Source of the DNA: an uncultured delta proteobacterium
Lineage (GTDB): Bacteria > Desulfobacterota > Binatia > UBA9968
NCBI GenBank assembly: GCA_963755715.1
Contig: CAVWLW010000064.1
Location: 32,001 to 96,000, forward strand
Reading direction: 5' to 3'
DNA: 64,000 nt
Made by a program: the position numbers and the translations under genes. The notes under the pieces were generated by a model. That model did no database searches. It was not told where the DNA came from and was given only the letters and a program-made list of their open reading frames with translations. Below, piece after piece: positions 38,832 through 48,720 of the stretch. Every line of letters begins with the position of its first letter. The stretch's first letter is position 1.

Positions 38832-39221
38832 TCAGGCAAACTTCGTGGCCGCGCCGCAATTAGGACAGGCGCGCCATTCGGCATTAATGGCATAGCCGCA
38901 CTTGGAGCAATGATGCGGCGGAATGATCCGCGGCGGCGGCTCCTCGAGCCTCGGCCCATCGGCCCAATACACGCCGGTGAATAGGCTGGTTTTGCAAGTC
39001 GTCGATTGCATCGTTCCCGAACGGTCCGTGTAAGTCACGTCGTAGTGGCGCTCATTTTTCTCAAAAAACCAGCCGCGCGCAAAAGGATTCCATCTGATCG
39101 AAACGATCCGACCGCCTTTCGCCTCGACTTCATCCTTGATCCGGTTCTTGTCGACGAAGTGCATGACGACCCGAAAGGCCAATCCCGCCGCGATCGCGAA
39201 CAGCAAAAAAGAAAAATTCAT
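38832..39221 (-). CDS. Hypothetical membrane-anchored protein with C-terminal zinc ribbon
   Basis: N-terminal hydrophobic helix and CSKCG...CPNCG. Confidence 0.7.
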   Translation of the reverse strand: MNFSFLLFAIAAGLAFRVVMHFVDKNRIKDEVEAKGGRIVSIRWNPFARGWFFEKNERHYDVTYTDRSGTMQSTTCKTSLFTGVYWADGPRLEEPPPRIIPPHHCSKCGYAINAEWRACPNCGAATKFA

Positions 39222-39263
39222 GGCGCTATTGTGCGATGACCCGCGCCGGCTGGCAAGAGAGGA

Positions 39264-40262
39264 TTACGGCTTGTAGATGCGGCTGATAAAACCTTCTTTT
39301 TCCAGTTCCAAAACCAAGCTGTCGTCGACGATGTCGTCGACCTTCAACGTGCTGCCCGGTTTGCGCGCCACGGCCTCTTTTACCTGCGCGTCCATGCCGT
39401 CGCGATTGACCAACGGCACTTGCTCGAATAGCTTGCTGCTCGACTGGTAGGCGCTTTCCAAGTAGGCCTCGTTGTTCTGGCGCGAGTATTTCGCAAAAAT
39501 CTTCTTGCTCTCTTCCTTGTGGGTTTTGTAGAAGTGCGTCGCTTCGATCAGCGCCATCAGCAGCCGCTTCATCGCGTCGCGACTGCTTTTCAGATAACTC
39601 TTCGAAGTCGTCGGACAAACATAAGGGAACGGAAATCCTTTTGGAAAATCCGCGGTGCTGACCAAAACCCGGTGCGGCATTCCTTGCGCGAGGTGGATCG
39701 TGCCCGGCGGCGAAGGAAACGCCGCGATGCGCCCGGTGCGAAACGCCACCGCTCTTTCCGTCGAGCCGCCGACTTGAAGGATGGCCACGTCTTTATCCGG
39801 TTCGAGCTTCAGTTCCTTCAATAATACGCGCGCCGCCACATCCGAGGAACTGCCCACTCGGCTGATGCCGATGCTCTTGCCCTTGAGTTGCTGCGCCGAA
39901 CGGATCGACTCGTGCACGATCAGTTCGTAGGGCAGCGTGTTGATAAAACAGCCCACAACAACGACGTTGGCCCCGCCCACCGCCGCGTTGGCCGTCGCCC
40001 CGCCGGAAATATTTCCGACCGCGACGGAACCGGCCACCACCGCCGCAACAGTCGTCGTCGACGAAGGAATATAAATCAGCTCGACGTCGAGACCGTACTT
40101 TTTGTAAAGCTGCTTTTCCTTGGCGATATACCAATTGGCATTGGGTGAATCGACGGAGCTAAAAGCAATAGTTTGTTGTTGCGCATGCGCCGAGCGCGAA
40201 GAGAGAACCGCAATGAGGCAAGAGGAAAGGATCAATGCCCGTCGCCATGTGACACGAACCAT
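39264..40262 (-). CDS. NitT/TauT (SsuA/THI5-like) substrate-binding protein
   Basis: Signal peptide, YGLDVELIYI, LKGKSIGISR.GS, and C-terminal D.SLV.ELEKEGFI. Confidence 0.88.
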   Translation of the reverse strand: MVRVTWRRALILSSCLIAVLSSRSAHAQQQTIAFSSVDSPNANWYIAKEKQLYKKYGLDVELIYIPSSTTTVAAVVAGSVAVGNISGGATANAAVGGANVVVVGCFINTLPYELIVHESIRSAQQLKGKSIGISRVGSSSDVAARVLLKELKLEPDKDVAILQVGGSTERAVAFRTGRIAAFPSPPGTIHLAQGMPHRVLVSTADFPKGFPFPYVCPTTSKSYLKSSRDAMKRLLMALIEATHFYKTHKEESKKIFAKYSRQNNEAYLESAYQSSSKLFEQVPLVNRDGMDAQVKEAVARKPGSTLKVDDIVDDSLVLELEKEGFISRIYKP

Positions 40263-40382
40263 AATTGTCCTCAATGGGTCTGATCGCAGCGAGATTGTAT
40301 TTTAAGTGGAGTCTAGAAAAAATGTTAGGCAGGCCAATTAGTTTGTTCTTCGATGCTCGGGCCGCGTGCCCGGTCAATGTCC

Positions 40383-41042
40383 CTACTTCTTCAACATCTG
40401 CTCGTAGCCGAGCTTTTCCAACATCTCGAGTCCCGAAGAGCCTTTGCGGATACCGTCGGCCATTTCCTGTTCTTTCTGATAGATCGCTTCCGCAGCCGCG
40501 ACGACTTCCTGTTCTTTTTCCTTGGCGATAATCACCACGCCGCTGCCGTCGGCGATGACGAGGTCCCCCGGATGGCATTGCACTCCGGCGAATTGAATTT
40601 CCTGGTTGTAGGAGTCTTGTATAATGCGCCCGCGCGCCGTCATCGGCACCGCGCCGCGCGCATAGACGGGAAATTCGAGATCGCGCGCCTCGTCGATATC
40701 GCGCGAAGCGCCGTCGATCACCACACCGCTCAATCCTTTTAATTTGGCTGAAAGCGCCAGCAAGCCGCCCCAACAGGAAAACTCCAGCTTGCCGCCGTTG
40801 TCGATGACGATGATGTCGCCGGGTTTGGCCGCTTCGATCGGCGCCGTGCCGAGATGCTGTGTCGGCTGCTGCAAGCCGGCGGGTTTGATTTTCATCGTCA
40901 CCGCCCGTCCGACGATGCGCGGGCATTGCCACTGCGGCCGCACGCCCCAGGTCGCGCCCTTCAGCCCCAAGCTGTCGAGCGCATCCGAAACGGCACAGGT
41001 ATCGAGTTTGGCTAACCGTTCAATGATCGGTTCACGCGCCAT
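40383..41042 (-). CDS. RraA-family / HMG-CHA aldolase-like protein
   Basis: AVSDALD, GRAVT, PGDIIVID, WGGL, VIDG..RD, PGD.VIAD..GVV. Confidence 0.85.
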   Translation of the reverse strand: MAREPIIERLAKLDTCAVSDALDSLGLKGATWGVRPQWQCPRIVGRAVTMKIKPAGLQQPTQHLGTAPIEAAKPGDIIVIDNGGKLEFSCWGGLLALSAKLKGLSGVVIDGASRDIDEARDLEFPVYARGAVPMTARGRIIQDSYNQEIQFAGVQCHPGDLVIADGSGVVIIAKEKEQEVVAAAEAIYQKEQEMADGIRKGSSGLEMLEKLGYEQMLKK

Positions 41043-41097
41043 CCAGTTTCCTCGTATTCCGTGTGCTTGTCCAAAGGCGAAATCAGAAACTCGAAAC

Positions 41098-42054
41098 TCA
41101 AATCCAATAGGCGAAGCCCATCCCGCAGCCGGTCGCCGCTGGCGAACGGTAGGTCGTCACGTATTCAAAATATTTCAGTTCTCGGTCTTCCATGGCTCCT
41201 GCCAACGCGACCCAATTGAGAATCTCCGAGGTGCCGCCGCGCAGTTTTTGGCGCGGCAACTGGAACAACACTTCCGGCTTCTTGTTCTTCAGGCCATCGA
41301 TGACCATCGCGTCGATCTCCTCGTCGATGACGACGTGGCTGAGACCGCCCGATGCTATGAGCGCCACGCGCTTGTCGCTGTTCCATGACTCGACGGCCTT
41401 GCGCACCGCCTGGCCGAAAGCGTAGCACCGCTTCGGCGTCGGCTGATTCGGCGGATAGTAGGTGTTCACCATCACCGGCACCATCGGCAATTTGCCGCCC
41501 GGCAAGATGCGCCGATAAAGAAAACTGAACGCATGGCCGACGCCGATCTCTTCGCGCAGTTTGTTGCAGCGCGTGATATCGAACTCGGCATCGACAAGCG
41601 CACGAATGAGATGATTTGCCAATTCCTGCGCCGTCTCATACTCGGGCGCCGTTTCCGCCCAGCCTTGGCGCTCGGCGTCTTTCCATCCCGACGGCCGATG
41701 CTTGTTGTCCTTGACGACGGGCAGCGACTTGCCGTGATAGATCGCGAACATCGGCATGTTCTCGTCGTGAAATTGTTCCTGTTGATCGTCGCCGAAAACA
41801 ACCGCTATGTCGGCGTTGGCCTTTTGCAGCGCATCGCCCAAGTTTTTCACCGCTTTCAGGCAAGCTTCATCGCGCTCGCGAAACCTCTCCGGCGTGAGCT
41901 CACTAGCCAATCCCGGCTTTGCCTTTTGCAGCAAGGCCGGATAGTCCAACCGCGGATCGGTCTCGTCCTTTTTTAGCAGGTGATCCCAATCCTTCGCGCG
42001 TATGCTCAACTGCGGACTGTGCGACGTGCCGATACCGATGACGACTTGTGCCAT
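41098..42054 (-). CDS. LigB-family extradiol ring-cleavage dioxygenase
   Basis: GIGTSHSP, GDDQ.E.F, GHAF, NTYYPPNQP, ASGGLSH, GTSEI.NW. Confidence 0.88.
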   Translation of the reverse strand: MAQVVIGIGTSHSPQLSIRAKDWDHLLKKDETDPRLDYPALLQKAKPGLASELTPERFRERDEACLKAVKNLGDALQKANADIAVVFGDDQQEQFHDENMPMFAIYHGKSLPVVKDNKHRPSGWKDAERQGWAETAPEYETAQELANHLIRALVDAEFDITRCNKLREEIGVGHAFSFLYRRILPGGKLPMVPVMVNTYYPPNQPTPKRCYAFGQAVRKAVESWNSDKRVALIASGGLSHVVIDEEIDAMVIDGLKNKKPEVLFQLPRQKLRGGTSEILNWVALAGAMEDRELKYFEYVTTYRSPAATGCGMGFAYWI

Positions 42055-42201
42055 ATTAGACCCCCCTCATCTCGCTTTTGCGTGGACCATCGCGAGCAAA
42101 CGGTATGTGTGAGTGTCTATCGAGAAAAGACCAGCGGTGTCAAGTTAGGATAAGGACGAGATTTGCGACCCGATGCTGCTGTTGACACGGGCAACCTGCG
42201 C

Positions 42202-43230
42202 CTACTTCTTTTTCGGCAGCAGGATCTCTTTCAGTTGCGCCACCGTCGCCGGCTTGAGGTCGTAAAGACTCACGAGCGTCTTGGTGATCGTCGGTCCATC
42301 GACCGGGTCGATATCGAGCTGGGATTTTTTCGCCTCGGCGACGAGATCAGGATCCTTTAACGTGCGAATGAATGCTCTCTGCAAAAGCTCAAGGCGGTCT
42401 TTAGCCATTCCCGGCGGCACCGAAAAAGGAAATTGCACTACGTGAACGTTGTCCGCAACTCGTAGCAGCTCGCGCGCTTCTTCGGTCTTGGCATAGTTGA
42501 TTGCGAGGGGAATTTGTTTGTATTTGGGATCAGACTTGAGCGACGCCTGGAGAACGGGAACGATTTTTTTGCTTTCGTAGGCGCTGCGCCAGACCGTTTC
42601 CACCGTTCCCCAGGAGCCACAGTAGCCGTCGACTTCGCCCGACTCGACCGCCAGCCGCGCATCCGCTCCGCCTTTGTAACCGTCGATCACGTCCATCGGT
42701 AGATTGAGCGCGGCTTTGAGCAGCTTGGGAATATCCGACGTGCTCGTGCCCGGGCCGATGGTGGAAATTTTCTGCGGCCGCTTGGCGTTGATCCAGTCGT
42801 CCATCTTGGTAATGCCGCTCTGCTGATTGAACGTGCAAACCGTATCGTAGGGGCTGGGAATGCCGAGATAGCCGAATTTGCGACCGTCGAACTGCGCCGC
42901 TTCATTGCCCATAATATGTTGCAGCACCAACGGCGACGCCCAAGCGCCGATAGTCAAGCCGTCGGGTTTCACGCGATTGTAGAGATGATTGGCGGCGATC
43001 AGACCGCCGGCGCCCGTCATGTTTTCGACGATGCGGGTCGGATTTCCCGGCAGGTAGCGGCCGATGTAGCGCGCGATCACTCGGGCGTAAAGATCGAAGG
43101 AGCCGCCGGGCGAATAACCGACGATGATGGTGAGCGTTTTGTCCTTGTAGAAATCCTGCGCCTGCGCGAGCGGCTGGGAGCCGATGACCAGAACGACTGC
43201 CGTAAGCGCAAGCAAAAATAATTTTCTCAC
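42202..43230 (-). CDS. TctC/Bug family binding protein
   Basis: FYKDKTLTIIVGYSPGGSFD, NMTGAGG, KPDGLT, GYKGG...LAVESGEVDG. Start moved to GTG 43230. Confidence 0.9.
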   Translation of the reverse strand: MRKLFLLALTAVVLVIGSQPLAQAQDFYKDKTLTIIVGYSPGGSFDLYARVIARYIGRYLPGNPTRIVENMTGAGGLIAANHLYNRVKPDGLTIGAWASPLVLQHIMGNEAAQFDGRKFGYLGIPSPYDTVCTFNQQSGITKMDDWINAKRPQKISTIGPGTSTSDIPKLLKAALNLPMDVIDGYKGGADARLAVESGEVDGYCGSWGTVETVWRSAYESKKIVPVLQASLKSDPKYKQIPLAINYAKTEEARELLRVADNVHVVQFPFSVPPGMAKDRLELLQRAFIRTLKDPDLVAEAKKSQLDIDPVDGPTITKTLVSLYDLKPATVAQLKEILLPKKK

Positions 43231-43252
43231 TGTTGTCCTTCCTCCCGATATC

Positions 43253-43855
43253 TCAACCACGACCGACGAACGGAATTGTTTTTTCTTCGGTTCGCTCCAA
43301 ATAGCGCACGAACGTATATTTGTTCTCGGCGAGATCGGTGTTGGGCCGGGAAATTTCCCGGTGCAGCAAACTTTCTTCGACTTTGCAGACGAAGAATGCC
43401 AGCTCATTTCGGGTCAGCGCACCGATCCCCTGCTTGTTAAATTCTTCGATGTCGCGAATCGTGTGCGCATTGGCGATACCCGCGCCGCGCGCCATTGCGG
43501 TCAAATCCGTATTGCCCGACGTCGCGGTTGCATAGCTGATCCGGCTGCCGCTGTAGACGCCGTTGTCAAACACGTAGATGACCAAATTCTTCGGCCGAAG
43601 GTTTCCCAGAGTCGCGAGGTTGAAGAGCGAGAGCAGCACGCTGCCATCGGAATCTAGCGCAATCACTTTGCGGTGCGGCAACGCCAAAGCCAATCCGGTC
43701 GCCACGCCGATAGCGCAGCCCATCATACCGACCAGCAGATTGCCTTCATGTTTCGACAGGTGCGACCACTCGATGCGCTGGCCGCTTTGCGAAGTGACCA
43801 CCAGCTGATCGCTCATCTTGGCGGCGAGCGATTCGAGGCATTCGTGACGTATCAT
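43253..43855 (-). CDS. ThDP-dependent decarboxylase beta subunit (ComE-like), copy 1
   Basis: MG.A...A.GLALALP.RKVI.LDSDGS...DNG.Y (variant ThDP-binding motif). Confidence 0.85.
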   Translation of the reverse strand: MIRHECLESLAAKMSDQLVVTSQSGQRIEWSHLSKHEGNLLVGMMGCAIGVATGLALALPHRKVIALDSDGSVLLSLFNLATLGNLRPKNLVIYVFDNGVYSGSRISYATATSGNTDLTAMARGAGIANAHTIRDIEEFNKQGIGALTRNELAFFVCKVEESLLHREISRPNTDLAENKYTFVRYLERTEEKTIPFVGRG

Positions 43856-44358
43856 ACAGAGAACTCCCCGGCAAAAAGCAGCGCATAGGGTGCACGCAGC
43901 GCGTTGGCCGCCCGTACTGCGTCACTAATTTTGATCTCGAGCTTTTCACCGTCCTCGAGCACTTTATACTCGATACCCAATCCTTGCAGCACAGGAATCG
44001 TGTGGTTGCCGATGGTCGCATAGAGAAAACTGTTGCGCTGATCGGGCACACCGCCCAGGAAACCTACAACAAGAAGAACCGGCACGCCGAGCTGCTTGCC
44101 GGTCACGAGCAAGCTGTAGCTCGACACGTAGATGCCGGTATTTTCCATGTAAACGGCGGCCTGCTTGCCGCCAAGGGTCGCGCCGACGGCGATCGTCACG
44201 GCTTCCTGCTCGCTCGACACCGCGACTAATTCTATTTCCGGATCGTCGCGGATCAACGGCACGATCTGACTCAACCGAGTCTCGGGCAGATACGTGACGA
44301 AGTTAATGCCGGCACTTTTGAGACCTTGGACAAGTCGTTTAGCGAGTTCGTCTTTCAT
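43852..44358 (-). CDS. ThDP-dependent decarboxylase alpha subunit (ComD-like), copy 1
   Basis: LK.AGINFVTYLPE, SEQEAV (catalytic Glu), GA.LGG, MENTG. Overlaps the beta start. Confidence 0.85.
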   Translation of the reverse strand: MKDELAKRLVQGLKSAGINFVTYLPETRLSQIVPLIRDDPEIELVAVSSEQEAVTIAVGATLGGKQAAVYMENTGIYVSSYSLLVTGKQLGVPVLLVVGFLGGVPDQRNSFLYATIGNHTIPVLQGLGIEYKVLEDGEKLEIKISDAVRAANALRAPYALLFAGEFSV

Positions 44359-44427
44359 AGAATGCAATGGAATTAGCAGTTACAAAATTCACACGCAACT
44401 GCAACCTATTATTGTCTGATTCCAAGA

Positions 44428-44501
44428 CGAGATGCTTCGGCTTCGCCTCAGCATGACACTCGTTAAATGTGTCATCCTGAACGACGAAGTGAAGGATCTC
44501 G
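44428..44501. repeat. Inverted-repeat element of the same family as 23404-23476
   Basis: CGAGATGCTTCGGCTTCGCCTCAGCATGACAC...GTGTCATCCTGAACGACGAAGTGAAGGATCTCG. Confidence 0.75.
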
Positions 44502-44523
44502 CCCGGCTATAAGAATGCAATGC

Positions 44524-46767
44524 TCACCGTTTCGCTCTTAAACCCTTCAGCACTTTTTCCGCCGTGATCGGCAAATCATAAATCCGCACGCCGACTGCGT
44601 CGTGCACGGCGTTGGCGATCGCCGCCGCTGTGGGAACCACCGGCGGCTCGCCGATGCTCATGCCACCGTAGGGACCGTTGCCGACGGGAAATTCTTGGAT
44701 GACGGTTTTCAACTTTGGAATATCGCGAATCGAGGGGATCTTGCCGTCGCCGAAATTGCTGGTAACGACTTTGCCGCCGTCGATCATCACTTCTTCCATG
44801 AGCGCATAACCCATGCCCATCACCACGCCGCCGTCGATCTGGGCTTGATGCATCAGGGGGTTGAGAACCGTGCCGGTGCTGTGCGCGCTGGTGAATTGTT
44901 TGAGCTCAACCTGACCGGTTTCCGGGTCGACCTCGACCTCTGCAACCTGAACGCACAGTGCGGCTTCGGGCCCGGATTCAAAATTCTTGTAAAAGCCGTG
45001 ACCTTGGATCGGCGCTTCCGCCATGCGCGCAATGTCACCGTAGCTCACGCGCGCGCCCGACGCGGCGCATACGGCGCCGTCGCCACTGAGTCGCAGCGCG
45101 TCCCTGGCAAAGCCCAGTTCCTTGCTCGCAGCGTCGATCAATTGATCTTTGGCGTGCGCCGCCGCCAAGCGGGTCGCGTTGCCGAAAATACGCGTCCCGC
45201 GGCTCGCGCCGATACCGGTGTCGGGACCGACTTCGCTGGTGTCGAGGGTGGCAACGCGGACTTTCTTGAGAGGAACTTGCAGCTCTTCGGCCGCCACCAG
45301 CCGCATCGCCGTATGCGTGCCCGCACCCTGGTCGAGCATCGCCGTGGAAACCGTGACATCGCCTTCATCATCGACAGCAACCAGCGCATGGCATTCACCG
45401 CCTAACGGCAACCATTGCGCGATGCCCACGCCGCGGCCGGAATGTTTCCGTTTGGCATTTCGATAACCGGAAACGCGTACCGCTTCGTCGACGATCTCGT
45501 CGCTCTTGATGTGCGGCAGCCTGTGGCCGATGGGCGAGATATCGCCATCGCGCATCAAGTTAATTTTTCTGAACGCCACCGGATCCATTTTCAACTGGCG
45601 GGCGATGAGATCCATCTGCGATTCGTTGGCAAAGAATCCCTGCGGATCGCCCGGCGCGCGCATATGACCGCACGGAATCTTGTTGGTGTAGACGATTTTT
45701 TCTTCGATAAAGACGTTGGGAATATTATAGGGTCCTGCGGCTTCCTTAGGACCGACCAAATAACCTTGGGGTTTGAATGCACCGTAGGCGCCGCTATCGA
45801 AAACATATTTCATTTCATGCGCGACCAACCGACCGTTTTTCATGACGCCGGACTTCACCCGAACGATCGCCGCGTGGCGCGGGTTGCCGGCGAGAAACTC
45901 TTCCGCGTAATCCATCACCATTTTCACCGGATGGCCGCTTTTGAACGACAACAAATAGCAAACCGGCACGTCCATGAAATCGCCCTTGCCGCCAAAGCAG
46001 CCGCCGATATAGCAGGGATGGACGATAAAATTTTCCAATCCTTTGCTGAACGCCGTTGCCACTTGCTCGCGCAGCGCGAAGGGAACCTTGGAGCACGCCC
46101 AAATATCCGCGCCGCCAACGCCTTGCGCTTGAACGACGCAGGCATGGGGCTCGATGTAGGCCTGGTGCACAGGCTTGGTCGTAAAGATATTCTCGACGAC
46201 AATGTCCGCTTCGCGGAGTCCAGCCTCAACGTCGCCCTTTTTCCAATTCATGTGAACAAAGACGTTGCTCGGCTGGTCGATCGGATGAAGCAAGCCGCGA
46301 TAGCCCGGCACGTTTGGATGAAGCAGGACAGCCGTTGGTTCAATCGCTTCGAGCGGGTCGAGCAGCGGTTCGAGCTCCTCATACTCGACATCGATCAGTT
46401 CCAACGCCTCCTCGGCGATCACTTCGCTCTCGGCCGCCACCGCCGCCACTTTCTCGCCGATAAAGCGCACAACGCCGTCGGCAAGAATCGGCATGTCGTA
46501 AATTTTCCGCCCGATCAAAAGACCATGCACGTCTTCGCCGGTAGCAACGGCATGCACGCCAGGCAACTCTAGGGCGCGGCCGGTATCGATCCTCTTAATC
46601 CGGCCGTAAGCGATGGGACTGCGCAGGACCTTACACCAAAGCATGTCGGGCAAAACCACATCCGTTGCGTAAATCGCCCGTCCTGAAACTTTGTCCGGAC
46701 CTTCCAAGCGCGGCGTGGATATGCCGATGACTTTGCGCGGCGCGCTATGCTTACTGTTTTTCGCCAC
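44524..46767 (-). CDS. Xanthine dehydrogenase family molybdopterin-binding (large) subunit
   Basis: KVSG.A.Y..D, LRSP, HQAYIEPH, GGCFGGK, MRAPG, DPETG.V, GEP. No CoxL AYxCSFR or AYxGAGR motif. Confidence 0.92.
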   Translation of the reverse strand: MAKNSKHSAPRKVIGISTPRLEGPDKVSGRAIYATDVVLPDMLWCKVLRSPIAYGRIKRIDTGRALELPGVHAVATGEDVHGLLIGRKIYDMPILADGVVRFIGEKVAAVAAESEVIAEEALELIDVEYEELEPLLDPLEAIEPTAVLLHPNVPGYRGLLHPIDQPSNVFVHMNWKKGDVEAGLREADIVVENIFTTKPVHQAYIEPHACVVQAQGVGGADIWACSKVPFALREQVATAFSKGLENFIVHPCYIGGCFGGKGDFMDVPVCYLLSFKSGHPVKMVMDYAEEFLAGNPRHAAIVRVKSGVMKNGRLVAHEMKYVFDSGAYGAFKPQGYLVGPKEAAGPYNIPNVFIEEKIVYTNKIPCGHMRAPGDPQGFFANESQMDLIARQLKMDPVAFRKINLMRDGDISPIGHRLPHIKSDEIVDEAVRVSGYRNAKRKHSGRGVGIAQWLPLGGECHALVAVDDEGDVTVSTAMLDQGAGTHTAMRLVAAEELQVPLKKVRVATLDTSEVGPDTGIGASRGTRIFGNATRLAAAHAKDQLIDAASKELGFARDALRLSGDGAVCAASGARVSYGDIARMAEAPIQGHGFYKNFESGPEAALCVQVAEVEVDPETGQVELKQFTSAHSTGTVLNPLMHQAQIDGGVVMGMGYALMEEVMIDGGKVVTSNFGDGKIPSIRDIPKLKTVIQEFPVGNGPYGGMSIGEPPVVPTAAAIANAVHDAVGVRIYDLPITAEKVLKGLRAKR

Positions 46768-46785
46768 TTCGCCGGTTCCTGTTTA

Positions 46786-47535
46786 TCACCTGCCGGCAGC
46801 ATCAAACGCGGCGCGTAAACAAACTCCATGCAAATCGACGGCGGCCAAACCGCAATATTCCAGGGTGTAGCCGGGCCGCACTTGCGCCATGCCGTCTTCT
46901 AAAAGCGTTTTAAGAACCAGGCGCCGGAAACTCCCATGGCCCATCACGCCGTCATGTTCTTTGAGATCCGCCTCTTCGTGGGTAGAAAAATAAACGGCCT
47001 GTTCCCGGCTGAGCCCATAGTGCGTCGTCAGCGCTTTAAAAAAGTCCGCCGACCAATACCCCGTCTGTTCTTCCGTCGCTCCGGCGGCGTAAAACTCCGC
47101 TATGGTTCCTTCCCATAAAAGCGATCGCTTGAAATCGAGTTTAGCGCGAAACTCGGCCAACATGGGCGCGAGAAAGATTTCATCCTCGGTAATGCCCAAA
47201 GCTTTGGCAGTCTCCACCACCACGTGCACGTGTCCTGGTGGCTTGGGGTGAATCAACTCATCGGCGAGCTTTTCCGCCATCCGCGCCATCAGATCGCGAT
47301 GCTTGCGGAAAAAAGAAATATGCTTATGGTACGAAGCCGCCTCCACCGTATTGATTTCAATCGTGTAAGAGCCCCAGTTTTTGAAAAACGTCGTGAGCGC
47401 CTCGCGCGGCAGTGTTCCGGCTCTTAGCTGCTGCATGAATGGCGAATCGGTGACTCGCGCGCGCCAACGGGCGGCCACCTTTCGGTAGTGTTCATTGACA
47501 AATTCGCCGGCATCTTTTGTATTCATTACAGACAT
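46786..47535 (-). CDS. Heme-oxygenase-like diiron protein (CADD/PqqC/TenA fold)
   Basis: DE....GH, EE and HEEAD...H ligand pattern, all-helical. Start moved to ATG 47535. Confidence 0.75.
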   Translation of the reverse strand: MSVMNTKDAGEFVNEHYRKVAARWRARVTDSPFMQQLRAGTLPREALTTFFKNWGSYTIEINTVEAASYHKHISFFRKHRDLMARMAEKLADELIHPKPPGHVHVVVETAKALGITEDEIFLAPMLAEFRAKLDFKRSLLWEGTIAEFYAAGATEEQTGYWSADFFKALTTHYGLSREQAVYFSTHEEADLKEHDGVMGHGSFRRLVLKTLLEDGMAQVRPGYTLEYCGLAAVDLHGVCLRAAFDAAGR

Positions 47536-47566
47536 CGCTTCCTTTCCTTTGCGATATATTTTCGGC

Positions 47567-48166
47567 TCACCCGCGGCCGCGAAAGATTGGCCGGCCTTCG
47601 GTGCGTTCCAGATATCGGACGAACTGATATTTGTTTTCGAGAGGATCCAAATCGGTCCGCGTGATTTCGCGGTGGGCGACGCTCTCATCAATCTTGCAAA
47701 CAATAAACTTGAGCTGCGTACCGTTTAGCGCCGTTTCCATTTCCTGCTCAAAGGTCGCGAGATCGCGCACGGTCGTTGCCTGTTCGATGCCCGCGCCGCG
47801 CGCCATCATCGTGAGATCGGTTTTGCCCGCGGTGGCGGTCGGCTCGCTGATGCGCGTGCCGCTGTAAACTTGGTTGTCGAAGACAAAGACGATCAGATTC
47901 TTCGGATCGAGATTGGCGAGTGTGGCCAGATTGAATAAAGATAACAGCACGCTGCCGTCCGATTCCAAGACGATAACTTTACGCTGAGGCAAGCCGATGG
48001 CGAGGCCGATGCCGACGCCGAGCGCTGTGCCCATGGTGCCGACCAATAGATTGCCCGGGTGCTGCGACAGACTCGCCCACTCAATCTTCTGCCCGCTGAG
48101 CGAAGTCACGACCAGCTGGTCGGTAATGCGCGGCTCGAGCAGCTTCAAGCAATCGAAGCGAATCAT
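47567..48166 (-). CDS. ComE-like ThDP decarboxylase beta subunit, copy 2
   Basis: Paralog of 43253-43855 with ESDGS...DNQ.YSG and C-terminal ..GRG. Confidence 0.85.
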   Translation of the reverse strand: MIRFDCLKLLEPRITDQLVVTSLSGQKIEWASLSQHPGNLLVGTMGTALGVGIGLAIGLPQRKVIVLESDGSVLLSLFNLATLANLDPKNLIVFVFDNQVYSGTRISEPTATAGKTDLTMMARGAGIEQATTVRDLATFEQEMETALNGTQLKFIVCKIDESVAHREITRTDLDPLENKYQFVRYLERTEGRPIFRGRG

Positions 48167-48702
48167 CGGGTGAAATCTCCGCTAAAAAGCAGCGCGACGG
48201 GCAGCTTGAGGGCATGCATCTGGCGCACCGCGTCCTGGATATCGGCTTCGAGGCGTTCGCCGTCTTCGAGAACCTGAAACTGAATTTGCAGCGCTTGTAG
48301 CAGCGGCTCCACATAAGTGCCGGAGACCGCGTAGACCGAATTGTTCCGCTGATCGGCCATGCTGCCGAGGTAACCGACGATCAGCAGCAACGGCACTCCG
48401 TAGCGCCGCGCGATCGACACCAAGGTGTAACAGGAAACGTAGAGGCCGGTGCATTCGATGTAAATCGCCACTTGCTTGCCGGTTAACGCTGCACCCGCAC
48501 CGATCGTAACCGCTTCTGATTCGCTGGCGACGGGTACAAGAGTAAATGCCGGGTCGTCGCGCAACAGCGGCAAGATTTGACTGAGCCGAGTCTCCGGTAA
48601 GTAAGTAACCAGGTCGATCCCCGCTCGCTTCAGGCCGGCGACCAATTTTTGCGCCAATTCTGCTTTCAACAATATCACCCAGTCGATGAAACTATCCGAC
48701 AC
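48163..48702 (-). CDS. ComD-like ThDP decarboxylase alpha subunit, copy 2
   Basis: GIDLVTYLPETRL, ASESEAV, DQRN. Start uncertain. Confidence 0.85.
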   Translation of the reverse strand: MSDSFIDWVILLKAELAQKLVAGLKRAGIDLVTYLPETRLSQILPLLRDDPAFTLVPVASESEAVTIGAGAALTGKQVAIYIECTGLYVSCYTLVSIARRYGVPLLLIVGYLGSMADQRNNSVYAVSGTYVEPLLQALQIQFQVLEDGERLEADIQDAVRQMHALKLPVALLFSGDFTR

Positions 48703-48720
48703 GTCGATGCAACGTGAGCG

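Noticed and set aside
44524-46767. Aerobic CO dehydrogenase CoxL, tempting next to a trace-gas hydrogenase
   Set aside because: The active-site loop reads CGHMRAPG rather than AYxCSFR or AYxGAGR, and there is no coxM or coxS.
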